From positions 15,190,001 to 15,254,000 of the forward strand of contig OZ241829.1 in NCBI GenBank assembly GCA_965202585.1: DNA of 64,000 bases, in the 5' to 3' direction. Shown one piece after another: positions 22,850 to 36,900 of the stretch; the stretch's first letter is position 1, and each line of letters opens with the position of its first letter. Under the pieces are notes generated by a model, which saw only the letters and a program-made list of their open reading frames with translations, was not told the origin of the DNA and did not search any database. This stretch comes from Thalia democratica (Eukaryota). The position numbers were made by a program, and so were the translations under genes.

Positions 22850-25430
22850 CGTTGAAAAAGGACTTATCATACAAAGAGGAAAACTACTAAGATACAAAGT
22901 GAAAAGTATTTAAGATCAAAAACTAAAGTCCTTTGAATTATCAAAAAAAAAACTAGTTCCACACATTTACATTTATTAACCTACGAACAATTTTCCATAA
23001 CGAACTTACGATTAGCAGTCAATTTCACGATTATAAGATAGTAAAACGGTTATTATATATTTTTATTAGTATTTCATTCACAAAATAAGATACATTAGGT
23101 AATATATTAAGTTATATTAAATGCATTTACAATGTATTAATAAAAATTGCAAAACAAAAGTTTTTTTATGAGTATCATAAACGTTAGATTGTCAAAAACC
23201 AAACAAAAATATAATTGAATAAAAACAATTTTATCCGGCTTACAATTTTTTAGGTTTAACTAGTACTACCTAAAGCGAGTTTAGAAGATTTTAAACTATT
23301 TCAAAAATGTTTGTTTTAATCTAAAGGTTTTTGTTATTTAGCAATAGCAATCCATTTTTTAATCATTTCAGTTTAAACAACACGTTCTCTAAGAAATTAA
23401 TTTACTAACCAAAATACAGTACAGAAGCTTATAGAAAAAAACACAATATTTTAAGTTTTATCAATCAAGTTAAAAAATGAGCTAAACTAAACAGTTTACA
23501 TTTCTAAGAAATATTTTTAACAAAAAAAAAAATCAGCAAAAGAGATTGCACAATCTTTTTGTAAAAAATAATCTAAACTAATGATTTATAAAAAAAATCA
23601 TTAGTACATTTTAATTTGTCTAAAGTATTTTTTTATAACAACTTTTAACAATAGATTTATAAACAATTAGTATTTGACGATAAAAGATAAGATAAAAATA
23701 ATGTTTTAAACGACACAGGCTTGAGCAAATTTCAACTAAATTAGAATGCTTTAAATTTATAACCTTATTAAGTTTTAAGTAAGCTTTACCAAAAATGGAA
23801 ATTCACATTTTTTATAACTAATTGTAGAAAATTAACTTACATAAGTCTTTTTTGTCTAACTATTTCTTTTTGTTTAAAGCACTAAAAGCTTTCTTATTAA
23901 GTGCATTACAAGCAATGTTACAATACAAAGAAGTAATTTGTGTAAAACAGTTGAAAAAATGTTAGTTCTCTTCTAAATAACAAGACAACAAAAGTAACAT
24001 TTAAAAATATATCAATAAATGTTAATGTTCGTTGATTTTAAGCACTAATCTTTTCCTTCAGTATATACTAAGCAGAAAAATAAAACTAATATATATATTT
24101 CTTTTTTTGAAAATTTTAACAAGAAAGAAAAAAATACTTAAGTAAGGTTTTTAAACTAGCATGTAAATGATGTATTAAATTAGTTTTATTTTATGACAGC
24201 TTAAATAAAATTTGTTTGAGATATTGCATTTTCAAATACAAAACTAAAAGTGTGCTTTTATACCAAAAAATCTTTGTATTGTTAATTTTGTAATCTAAGC
24301 TTACTTAAGTTTATATTTTAAACTTAATCGAAAATTAGTTTAGTAGCTTTTTGTACCATCAAAAACGTTTTTTAGTTGTAGTGTTAATAAAATCATATAA
24401 TTGCTTATTTAAATAAAACCAGTAAAAGTTTAATGTAAAACTTATAATTTTAAGTAGTGTCAGTTGATACCTTTGAATCTGTTGATAATAAAAAGTATGA
24501 ATTATCAGAACTTATTATCAGAACTAGTTTCAATAAATACTTTTGATTTTTTTTCTATTACGAATATGTGAGTTACTTTAAAAAATCTTAATAAACTAAG
24601 AAAATGTGTATTCAGATAATAGTTTACATTATTGGGATTATTTTAACTAGAATTAAGTTTTAAATTTATTAAACTTACATTAATTTAAGATGATTTTTTA
24701 TAAGAATAAAAATTAATTTTGTTAATTAAAAAGTAGTAGAGCTGTTAGATAATTTAAAAATAAGCTTAGATAAAATTATTAATCTCTCACTAGATCTTGC
24801 TTATATTCACTTTAAATATTTATAAGTCTACTTTGTAGATTAAAAAAGTTTAGCTCTTAAACAAAATGCATTGTTTATTTGATATATATCATAAAACTTA
24901 AACCATAGTTGATTCAAAAGAAAAAATCAAAATTCATAAACATAGTTTTTTTAAACAATACACTCTCAGAACTTATTTTACTATGGAAACGAAACTAATA
25001 AAAACTTTTACTTTATATTCTGATGAAAAACCAGGTTTGTGCATAATTATGTTCATTATAATTTTTGTGTTGAAAATATTCTGATAGTTTTTAAAGTAAC
25101 TAAAAAACTCCATATTTTTTGTTGAACAAATGTTAACTTGTATTGATTCTAGTAAGATTTTACTTTAAAAAGAGATATTAAGATTTTTATGTATAATTGT
25201 GATTGTGTTTAAGTTCTAACCAGTAAAAATTTAGCTGTTTACTACATGACTTTGTTAACAAATAACACAAAATTTTAAAAGTAATACTTTCTGGCTATTA
25301 ATTACCTTCAAAGCTTATTTTATGCTATTTTTTACTCAAAATATTTTTCTTTCTAAATACAGCCATCAATTACTGATCAATTGTAAGTTCATAAACTATG
25401 TATTTTTTAATTATATTTCTGAAAACAGAA

Positions 25431-26516
25431 ATGGAGAAATTATATTTAAATGACCAAGACATTTTTGAAAAGTTTGCTCTAATTTTGGAACTGCAAATGA
25501 TGCAATTTGATTTGATTGACAAAATTTTACCTAAAACCAAAAAATTATTCAAGGAAGTAAACAAAGTAACGGAACAAGGTGTACTTGTGATAAAGTTTCT
25601 CCGCTGGTGTTACAATAAGGTTTGAAAACAGTTTTTGTTTTATTACTGTAAGCAGTAAAAGTAAAAGGTTTTATTAAACATATTGAAATAAGAAAGGTGC
25701 CATAGTACTAGTCCTTCGCAGACAAATTTTTATTTTTTTAGCCGTTCGTCGTAATTTTAGAAATCAAAAATAAAAATATTTTTATGAAAATTTACGAAAA
25801 GGTTAATTAGTACAACCGTTTACTTAAAAATAATCTATAAGCATTTATTCAATTGGTTACTATTAGAAACCTTAGTTTAAGCTGCTTTTTTAAACTGCTT
25901 TTAAGCTAAGAATATAAAATGGGTCGGAGATTTCTGTTTTGCTGGCCGCCTGTGTTAAAATAAACAGTTAAATGTTTTCTTTTCTCCTTAAAAACTTATT
26001 TCTTGGTTTGCATGTTTACGTTTTTTATTAATTTCTACTTTGATATTAGAAAATAGTTGTCAAAAACATATGTTTTTTTTTAAGACAAAAAGATTATTTA
26101 CACAACTTTCAAAAATAAATGTTGATAGAACTACACTTGTGTGTATGTGATTTTTTCAGGATAATGCAAGCTTAACTCACAATTTAATTTATAATAAACA
26201 ACACTTTTCATTTCAGAACAGTGAGGGAGTGTTCAATGTGATCAGTTTCGTTCCAATAAACCTGCAAAAGAAAGCGAAAATGATCTTGCTCTCCATAATC
26301 GACCAGAAATCGTTGAACGACTTCACTCTGAGCTGTAAAAACTTGAACATCCACCTGGAAGATGGGTACCGACCCGGATACCACCACTGGAGTCCCAAGC
26401 CGTACAACAACAAGACGAGTCGCAACAAAACCACGGAAGTCGAATTGGTGAAACTGCAAATTAAAATTGAGAGTGTGTTAGATGAACTGCATTCTGCTGT
26501 TGAGAGTTCTAATTAA
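25431..26516 (+). CDS. Spliced orphan gene, paralog 2 (exons ~25431-25619 and 26217-26516); further upstream exons possible
   Basis: GT-AG phase-0 intron 25620-26216. Both exons are open and align with paralog 1 (FEKF..LE.Q.MQFDL.DKILPKTKKLFK; KMILLS.IDQ.SLN.F; Y.HWSPKPYNN). Confidence 0.7.
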
Positions 26517-28094
26517 CAATCGAGCAACTTCTGTTGTTCTTTAAAATTGATTATTAATAAAACGTACAACTAATTTATGTAGTTTTCACAATGTTGATCT
26601 CTATTGATTTTTTTATGAATAAAAATTAAATTTAATTTTTGGTTAACATTACAATTTTTCTTTCATTTAGCCCCTTAAATTTATTTATAATAAATATTAA
26701 AGTAAATATTTGTTATTTTAAAAACTTTAAGTATGTTTTGTTTTACTTTTAGTTTCAATTACCTTATTTATAAACACTTAACTAATTTTTTAAAAGTTGT
26801 GCAACGGTTTTATTACGTATAATTTATAAGTGAAACTTAGCTGAAAATAGTGTTAATATTTTAAAACTTTGTTACTCTAGAATATGTTTTAATAAAATGA
26901 AAATGTTGTAGTAAAATTATATTTAATATAAAATTAGTGTTTTAAAACAATGTAATGTTTTATTATAATTTTAATGGTTTGTTGCATTTTGAAAAACTTA
27001 TTAAACGAATTAGACAACAAACACTCATGTCTAAAAAGTAAAGCAGCAATTTTAATTAACAAAACTAAGTAAAGTTTTTAGACAACCATTAACTCACAAA
27101 ACTAAGACAAAGAAAGCTCTTTATTAGTAGTCATTTCAATATTTGCTTTTTATAAATCCCAGATGCTTATTACTTCCGTTCATTTTAGTTTATCAATCAT
27201 GTATGTGGTAATAAACTTAATTCACCAGATTTAATTTTAGTTCAAGGTCTGCCCACGAAGACGTTAATCTTGCCTTTTAAATTTGTTAAAAGTTAACACT
27301 AGAAATTGTTGGGCTTATAATTAAAACAAATAAAAAGGTTAAAAGAAAAATTGACAAGAGGTACAAAGATTACAATAGATATTTTACATTTCAAATTCCA
27401 GGGTTCGTTTCGTTATGAAAAGTGATAAATAATACGGCTGGCAATTTTTTTTTTGGCTCATGATCACCAAATGCCTGCCGATTTTTGTTTTAGTTATTTT
27501 TTTTTAAATAAAAATGTGTGTAAGGTTTTACATAAACTTAACAAATTTCCAACTTCTTAATAAAATATATTCTACTTAACAAATCTAGATTTAGAGGAAT
27601 ATCAGACCAGGCATGTTTTAATCAATATTTTTTCTTTAAAATAATATGTATTAGAAATTCTACGTATATGGATGCCGAAGTTAACTTTATATTAATTATT
27701 ATTATATTATTAATGCATGTTTAAAAATATGTTGTAATAAAACTAAACCTTTAACATTATAACAAATTTTAGTATTACAACGCACTGTAGACTAAGTATT
27801 TGTTTTCATTTTAGTATTTTAAATTTAAAAATGTGTATTTCAGTTAGCTTTAAATTTTGTTATTTTTATTCGATAAACACGGCATTTATTTGAATTACTT
27901 ATGTAAAGTAAGCTAAAAGCTGCAAACTTTAATACAAAATTAAAATAAAACCAGATGGTTTGAAACTGTGTTATGATATAAACTGCCTTTTTAACTTAAA
28001 TATTTTTATTGCAACAAATTGTTTACTTTAACAAAAAGTTAAAAATAAAATAATCATTTGTCAATATTGTTCTAATTAAAAGCCTAAAGTTTCC

Positions 28095-29058
28095 TTATGT
28101 TTTAGGACATTTAATAAAAGAGAGATTAGTCAAAAACATGTAGTTATCTTCCACCATCTTATCTTCTAACAACCATTTTTTCTCAACTATGTCGTAAACA
28201 TAGACTTTTAGTTTTTTTGAAAAGCTCAAGTTACAAAAACATACAAATTTGTTGTTTATACTCAGTGCTTTAAGTTTAAGATTTAATGTATTTGAACCGG
28301 GTGTTTTAATCTTTAATATAGTAAACTTTGTAGAGATGTTCTCATATACTTCACAACATTCTGGATTTTCTTTTCTTATTACAAACATTTTGTTACCCAT
28401 GCTAACTGCAGAATGATTATACCTTCTTTCAACCATATCAGGTAAGTTGGTCCATTTATTTTCATGATGATCATATGCTTCTACGGATCTTAAACTTCCA
28501 TTATAGTTACAACCTCCAGTAACAACAATTTTGCCTTCAAAGACTGTACAAGCTGAAAAGCATCTTTCATTTTGTAAATCTGCAACTTTAGTCCACTTGT
28601 TTGGTTCATACTTATAACAACAGTTTTCAAATTTTTTTAACATAACATTTATCACAAAATCCACCAGACTCGGTAGAACAATATTCATTGTATCCAAAAC
28701 GACCACCAACTACATAAATACTTTTCCTAAATGAACAGACATTAAAATCAGTTAAACAGTCATTAGTGGATTCCAATTCCTTCCAATTGTTTGCTTTTGC
28801 ACTATACATTTCAAAAGACAACGACCAATCATACCCAATATAACCACCAAGTACATAAACATCAGTACCAATAACAGCTGTTCTGCTTGAGTGCCTTGGT
28901 GTTATCATTGGACTCATTTTGGTAGAAGTTTTAAAATCAGGACCTTTTATTTCAATAACTTCATTTTCACCTCCACAAATAACAATGTTAAAATCATCCT
29001 GATTGCAATAACGGTTTTCATACAAAACTAAAGGTTTATCTCGACAAAGTCTAGTCAT
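28095..29058 (-). pseudogene. Intronless Kelch-repeat (KLHL-like beta-propeller) gene with one frameshift
   Basis: Repeats VYVLGG..W, IYVVGG, ACTVFEGKIVVTGG..SVEAYDHHENKW, HSAVSMGNKMFV. The two ORFs overlap at 28627-28709 next to a T7 run (~28633-28639). No BTB domain seen. Confidence 0.8.
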
Positions 29059-30675
29059 TTTTGTATATAATTAACCGAAGCTACTTGAAACCTTAAAAAT
29101 TGAGTTTTTGATTAACCATTTTAAATTTTATACATGCTAGTTTATTATTTTATTTGTGAATGGTTACAGTAAAAGAAACGTAACTTTGTCAAACAATTTA
29201 TTAAGTAGTTAGCTTTTAAAATAGATGAACCATTTTAATAGAATATTTTTACAAGTAAAACAGTAGATCTTAAATAAATTAACTTAAACTACAAAATATT
29301 GAAAAAAAAGCTATTGTGTAACATTTTTTTTCGTTACAAGTATGTACTTTATAATCAATATAGTGTATATGTCTCATTTATGTCAAACTAATTTTTAGAC
29401 AGCTCCTTTAATTAGAAACTTAAAACTAAACTAATTACAAAGTATTTTATATACACAAAAGAGCATAATCATTTAATAAAAACTAACCTATTTTTATTTT
29501 ATTTTTTACCTATTTTGAGTTAAATTTATCTTCAATTTAAATAATTTTAATTAAAGTCAATAGATAATATCTATACATAGACTAGTATCTTTACAAAGAA
29601 TTAGCCTAATATTAAAATTATTGAGAAGTTTTTATTAATTATTCAAATAAAACAGTGATACAAAGTTACAACAAACTTTACTATTCAATAATCTGTTTAA
29701 TGCAGATTGAAGTTTCACAAACATTTAAAGTCTTCTTACATATTATTTTTACATAGGGTGTTCAACTAGCGAATGAAAATTTATTTAGATAAACTAAATA
29801 ATTTTTCGAATGTAATAAAATCTTTTTTTAAATCTTTTTTTTCATTTATGTTTTTTTTATACCGCCTAAGCAAAAAATATAATATTTTATTAAGTTTTGT
29901 TTCAAATTTTATTTCCTTATTTTTATGTTACTTTTATATTTTATAGATTTAATGTTAGAAATTGTTATAACGCTACTTGAGTGTAAAATCTTGTATAACT
30001 TTTTTTAGTTTACCTTCATCTCAGAAATAAATTATAAATAACGTGTACCCTTGAATACAAGTTTATTATAGTTGCAGAACAACTCTTTAAAACATTAAAT
30101 ATTAATATACAGAATGTTTTACTTAAGATATTTTAGTCTAATAACAATCTATAAAGACGAAAACAAACTTCAAAAAATTGTTTATTGAAGTGAACTTAAT
30201 TTGTAATTGTTTTATTAAATTTTTATTTTTAAACCTAAAATAATATACTTTGTCTATAAAACTTAAGCTGCTCTAAATATACAAAACACCGGTGAAAAGG
30301 TATCTTATGTTAGTATTTAGGTGAATATGCATTAGAGGAAACAATCGGAGTTTTACAAAAAAAAACTGCAACCAACTTTAAATAATAGATTTCTGTGATA
30401 GTTTAAAAATGCATGTGTATTCAAAAAAAGATATAAGTTATATCCCATACACAAATTTCAAAATAATATTTATTCATTCAAATCTTAAAACTACTATAAC
30501 TTTCATTTGTTAAAATCAGTGAGTATAAATAATGATGTCAATAGTTTATGCTTTCATACACAAATTATTTAAAAACTGTACACCAATAGTACAAGACTTC
30601 TTCTATCCTAAATCAGTCTTTCATTCACTTACTCATAGTTCTACAGCTGTTATAATTGGGTACCTTTGGCTAAAA

Positions 30676-33600
30676 CAGGGGTCGGCAAACTGCGGCCCGC
30701 GGGCCAATTGCGGCCCGCGAAGGGTAAATCTGCGGCCCGCGAGCATGTTATTTTTTTAAATGGAATGCGGCCCGCGAAAGAAAATTTTGTGGCCCGCGAG
30801 CATTTAAATGTGGCCCGCTGAGCAAAATTATATTTCTAGTTAAATTTTTTCGGTAATTCGACTTAATTTGATTAGTTTGATTTTAAGTCTCTATACAACA
30901 TTTTAAAATAATTTCAAGTAATTACTGCTTTAGTTTAAAAATGTGAAAAACACAGATTAGCGTTCTAACAGGATATGTTTCTCAGTTGCATAATTACTTC
31001 TTTTATACAACAGTAAGTAATTATTTGAAAAAAGAGTGTCAAGAGTGCCTTGATTTAATAAGTTGGTTATATAATACCTATTTATTAAATAAACTAAATG
31101 CAAATGTTTTCCTGTTTATACAAAAGTAATGCACAGTTATTAACTAAAGTGTCATTTCTTTATAGCTTAGATATTCTTTTTCAATACTTTTTATACTTCA
31201 GTTTCTTTTATAATTTTTTTATTTGTAAATGTTGTATTTTAGTGTGAAACTTTTAAAAGAACATAATAATAAGAAATAAGGTTCATTTGATTTTTGTTTT
31301 GACACATTTTAATTTTTAATAAGTTTTCTATGCACACCAACTTAAAAAATGTTTATATTTTAAACCACTTTAAATTTAATACTTTAGTTAGTTTAAGTTT
31401 AGTTTATGCATACTTTTCTACCAATGTTATTTATACATGTCATGTCTAAACTTGTACAGACACATTTAAAACAGTATATATGACATAAGTTAATATAGTT
31501 TTTGTTAGGTATACATTCCATTTTTCAAACATTGTTTCTTCAAGCTAAGTTAATTTTTATGCCTTGCATATCAATACACACAATTGCTGTTTTTTCGAGC
31601 TACCTATTTAATATAAACTAGATATAGGGATGGTAAATTTATAAAGTTTGTACATTGTTAATCAAAGTAGTTCAAATTCAAGCAAATAAACAACTAAACA
31701 TTGCAACACACTTAGATTATCACTATTTGAAGACTTTAAATCTCAGGCCAACTAAGCCATTTTTTCAGTTTTTGGCTAGAATTGCTTTTTGTATACAAAA
31801 ATATCAGGAATGTTTTTGTTGACTCAGGCTGGCTTTTTTGCTTGAAAGAGTGGCAAATTAAACTTATGTTGTATGTTTTGCTCAATCCACAGTGTTAGTT
31901 TGAGTTATAATATATGTTAAATTTTAAGTCTTGCAGCTGATATAATTCAAAATATTATTTATATTTTTATGTACATTATAGAATGAACAATCAGTGTTGC
32001 CAAAAAATTTGAATCCTTGAAAAGCTTTGAATTTGTGAATTTACGGTTAAAAATTCTAGAAAAAAACTTGAATTTGAGAGTTTTTGAAAAAACCTGGACT
32101 TTCAAACAATATTTACATGTAAAGTAATGAAATTTTGGTTTGACTCAAAAAAAATTACCAAATAAATGTTTTTTTATTAAGTAAATATATTATAGTAGCT
32201 TAAGAGTATTTTTTAATATTTATAAATGTTAATTTTTTTTTTAACTTTAATTAAACTTTATACTAAAAAAAAAAGAAGAAGTTGTACTTTCAAAAACTCC
32301 GTATTGGTACATTGCACTTTTGCTTAGAAATTTCACCGATTGTTGTGCTTTGTTTTCTACTAAAATGTCAAAGTTAGTAAAAACATCTCTAATAAAAATT
32401 CTCAGATGAGCAATAGTTTTTCTATCAGTGCTCTCATGTTAACAGTTTGATTAAAGTCCTAATTTGATTTATGCGACTTTATAACCTTAATGCATTTCCT
32501 AAACACGACTTCATGTTGTCATTGAAGATTAAACAAAAGTTTTTCATTACCGCCAACATCAATTCTTTATAAAAGTTTTCAATTATAAACGATAACTCAT
32601 TTTAGGTAATAAATTTGCAATGTTATTACTTGCCTTAACAATTTCTTCTTTTTATTCTGTAATTACTGAAGATAATAATGTGCTTTGTCGGAAATGACTT
32701 TGATGATTTTTTTTTATTGTTTCTCGCAATAACTCCTAACTAACGCTTTTTTTATTCTTGTAGCTCGTCTTATATTTTACAATAAATGTTTCTAAATGCA
32801 ATATTCTTATTGCAAATAAAGAATTGCTATCATGCTTAATAAAAAAATTTTTTTACTTCGCTAATGACTCAATAAAGTTTTATACTTTTGTTAAACTTGT
32901 TTAAGAAACTCAATTGTCAATTACAGCTGACTTATATATTTTTGGCATGTAATTTATTTACTGTTAATAACCTTTGTTATTTCTTTATGTAGTGAACTTT
33001 ATATTAACTGGATTGCTACACAAACAGGCTATTTTAAAAGCTTGAAAACTCAGGTGTGTGTGAAGCTTTTATTTCAAACACTTTAAAGAAATCTTTCAAT
33101 TTTCAGAACAGTTTTTATGACTGTAGTGTAGTTTACTAATTGCATTTTTTTTCTTGTTTTCTTACACTTTGTGTACTTTTTAATAATGATGATATTTTAA
33201 CTAGGTATTTAAGCTTGATTAACAACTATTTTTTAGCTTTTTCAAACTTTAATAAATTTAAGCTGGTTTGATAGATCTTAGATATTTTTGCTTTTTAGTG
33301 GCAACCGTGTAAAAGTCTAATTACTAATAAAATATTTTATTAAAGTATTTGAGAATTAATTATTTTAAATCATTTGTTTTAGCTTTCTGGAGTACAAACA
33401 GGTATTAATTTTGTTATATTAACTATTTACTAAATTTCTTAATGATTGTAAATTATTTAACTCGCAAAAAATTATTTAGAAGTAAATGTTCTTAGAAATT
33501 TGAAAAAGTGTTGATGATATAACAAATGTATAAAAGTAACCCATAAATTGTCTTTTAAGTTAAGTTTTTATAGAGAGTTAGGTTGTAAGTAAAATTTAAA

Positions 33601-33909
33601 AAGTATTAAGTTTAACTTATTAAGTGCTTATGAAAGTACATATTTTATTAACAATATTAGTACATATTTATTAAAGTATATTAGTCAATGTAAATCATAA
33701 TCTAATGAATATTAATTTGAATAAGCATTCTATGTATAGCTAAAAGTCATTTTAAATAATAAGGTGAATAAAAGTAAAACTTTTCTCTAGTGTGACTAAA
33801 ACTAAAACCATAAGATTATTCAAATGTTTGTAAAACTATAACTGCGGCCCGCGAAGACTTTAGAAACTTAAAATTTGGCCCGCGACCACCAACTGCCTGC
33901 CGACCCCTG
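30676..33909. mobile_element. Non-autonomous hAT (Charlie/Buster-like) element, 3234 bp
   Basis: TIR CAGGGGTCGGCA (30676-30687) and TGCCGACCCCTG (33898-33909), perfect 8-bp TSD GGCTAAAA (30668-30675 and 33910-33917), subterminal GGCCCGCG repeats. Confidence 0.92.
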
Positions 33910-36900
33910 GGCTAAAACATAGTTTTAATTAGTATAGATGACCAGTTACGTTATCAAGCTACAGTTAAATATAATGTAAAATAAACATATCATGTGTTAT
34001 ACTAACAATCAAGCTGTTTCATCTATGATACGGGTGGAGTATAAATATAAAAGTTTGTGCATAGTCATGCATTTTTTAGCTTGTACAACAACTGATATTT
34101 TTTAAAACATATATTTTAAAGTGTGATATTATTTTGATTTTTTTACATACAGGGTTGCAAAAGGTTTTTAACAAAAATATTACCAGGTTTTTTTTTTTAA
34201 GTTTTTTGGACCATTTTGAGTATAAAATTAAACTTTAGGTAAAAAATTTCTTAAATAGTATAAGAACATTGAAAAGACATTGTTAAGCTGCTTTAATCGT
34301 GTTAAAAACTTGTTCAAAAATTAAATTTGCATCAACAGTTTTAAAATCTTTAAATAATTTGAATCCGGTCTTAATACCATTTCAGTATAAACTCGCCATT
34401 TTATGATAAGTATAAACTCGCTGATAAGTAAGATAACAAAATGATAACTAACTAAATTCATATAATAATCTATTGAGTTTATGTATATTTAAATAGTACT
34501 TAATATATTAACTTATACAAAATTAAATTATTAAAGTTAACAAGTTTAGTATTTATTTTAACTGTGAAGTTTGTATAGTATTATATGCACGTTAACTACT
34601 TTCAAAATGCTTTGCACTGTTTAAATTTTCTGAAAAAAAAGAAACATAATGAAGTTTATGTCGAAATGTTACACAGACAAGTACAGAAAAAACATGTCGA
34701 AATTTTTGCTCACCTATAATGAATAATATAGGGAATAAAGTTAGAATTTCACAAGAAAATATTGATAGTGACATGGACTTAGGTACGAATCTAATGAACT
34801 TATTTAAAGTCAAAAATTTTGTTAAACTATTCCTATTTTGAAACTAAGAATATTTTAAATGATACTAAGAGCATATTTAAAATATTGATGAAGAAATGCA
34901 TACATACAAACATTTTTTAGGTGAGCATTGATTTAAAAAAGAAAGTTTAATAAGGTTTTCTGATTTTTTTAAAGTTTTAAAAACAACAAGTTTCCTTATT
35001 TTTTTAAGTAGAAAACTAAAATTAAGGGTAAAATGAATAAAGGTACAAATAAGATTTACTTACTTAAAAGTACTGCTACTTCAAGTGTGTTTAAAACAAA
35101 TAAAATCTTAACCGTCTAATAAATGAAGATGAGATAGTATTATATCAAATAAAAGAATATAAATAGATAAAGATGATTTGTAGAATTACATTTGTACTAG
35201 TTTAAAAATAAAATAGTTTTTAAAAAAATTAAAAATAACTACGGTTAATGCTAATCCAAAAAGTTTCCCTCCTAATTCTTTTTTCCCAAAGCAATTCATA
35301 ACTAATAAAAAACCACTTTTATTAAAAAAAAATAAAATTAAGTAAAAAAATTGAAAATATAGAAAATAGTAAATTAAAAGAATTTTTAATAACTGTTGAA
35401 CATTAAACTAAAAAAAATTATACACAAAAGAATGTTATCTTAAGAAAAAGCTTATGAAAAGTTACATAAAGAAAATAAAAATACAAGCTTAAATTTTAAA
35501 ATCTTTCTTTAAATAAAAATATTTGTGGTTATTGTTTTGTGTTTACTGTCCTAAATAAAAATCAAGTACTTTTATAGTAATGTTTTTACTGCTTATTGTT
35601 AGTACAAAGAGTTTGTCTTACATTTTTGAGATAGTTGTTAATTTACACACTTAAACTTACTTCGAATCTTTTTTTGGCCGAGTACAAAAATTATATCACA
35701 AAAGGTCACTTTGTCAGATTAAAAATTTTGGCTTAAAAAAAATTATAATTATCACAAAGCATCTCTTAATTAAAATTATATTGTAATTTAAACTGAATTT
35801 AAGGTTTTTTATAATAAATTTGTTTTAAATAATAAACTTATTTATTTAATTTTAGTTGTATAGTAAGTCATTTATAGTTAAAACAGGTTTAGTTGGCATC
35901 TTAACTTACTAACTAGTAATTAATAAAACTATGCTAAAAACTTTTAAAATACTTGTTGTGTATGCGGTTTTTATGTATTTGAATACAAATTTTAAATTGC
36001 TTATTAATTAGGTAGTCTATATAGTCTTTATAATTTTAAAATCTCAACTAAACAAGCTGTGCTAAAAAATTCTATTCATAAATATAAAAAACTGAAAAAT
36101 ATAAAACATTTATTGATATATTGTAGTTTGACTAATTAAATTAACTTTTAACTGACAAACAAAACTCGTGTATACTTTAAGAAACTCATAGAAACTTGAA
36201 AAGAAAACAAATTTAAACTTTTATCTGAAGTAAGAAATCTTAAATTTTAAGACTTTGACTTATATCGGTAGTATTTCAAATTTTCATGCAATTAAAAAAA
36301 CTTCAGTTTTACGATTCAGAAAGTAGACTTTTATTGTAAAATAATTTTTTTGTGGACTTTGACACACATCTAATTTGCTCTGCACTACATAAACACATCT
36401 AGCTAAAAAAAAAAGAAGCGATAAATAAATAATGATAAGTTTATTTTTTCGCAAGTTTAATTCATAATTTATGAAATAAAAAAATTATAAATGAACTTTT
36501 AATGAGCACAAAAAATGAAAAAAAAAAATTTAACAACAATATATCACCCATGAAGCAGTCATAAAAATATCAAAACGCTAAGTTAAAACTTCTAACTTTA
36601 ACATACTGTTTGTTTAATTTTTTTTTCGCTTACAGTATAAAATCTTTAGTTTAACTATAATATTTGTCTAATTATCATAAAAACGAGCTAGTCAATAAAA
36701 TTTGTATGAAATATAATATAAATTCTCCAACAATGACTAAAAAATAAACAAAGCAATCAATGTATATACTAGTTTTTGAATTTTCAGCTATTAAAAAATA
36801 TATTGAGTTTTAAAAAGTTTTTGTTAGCTACTCAATTTTTCAGTTAATTTTTGGAAACTAGATATCTAATGCAGCTTTTTAATTTAAAAAGCTTCTAAAG

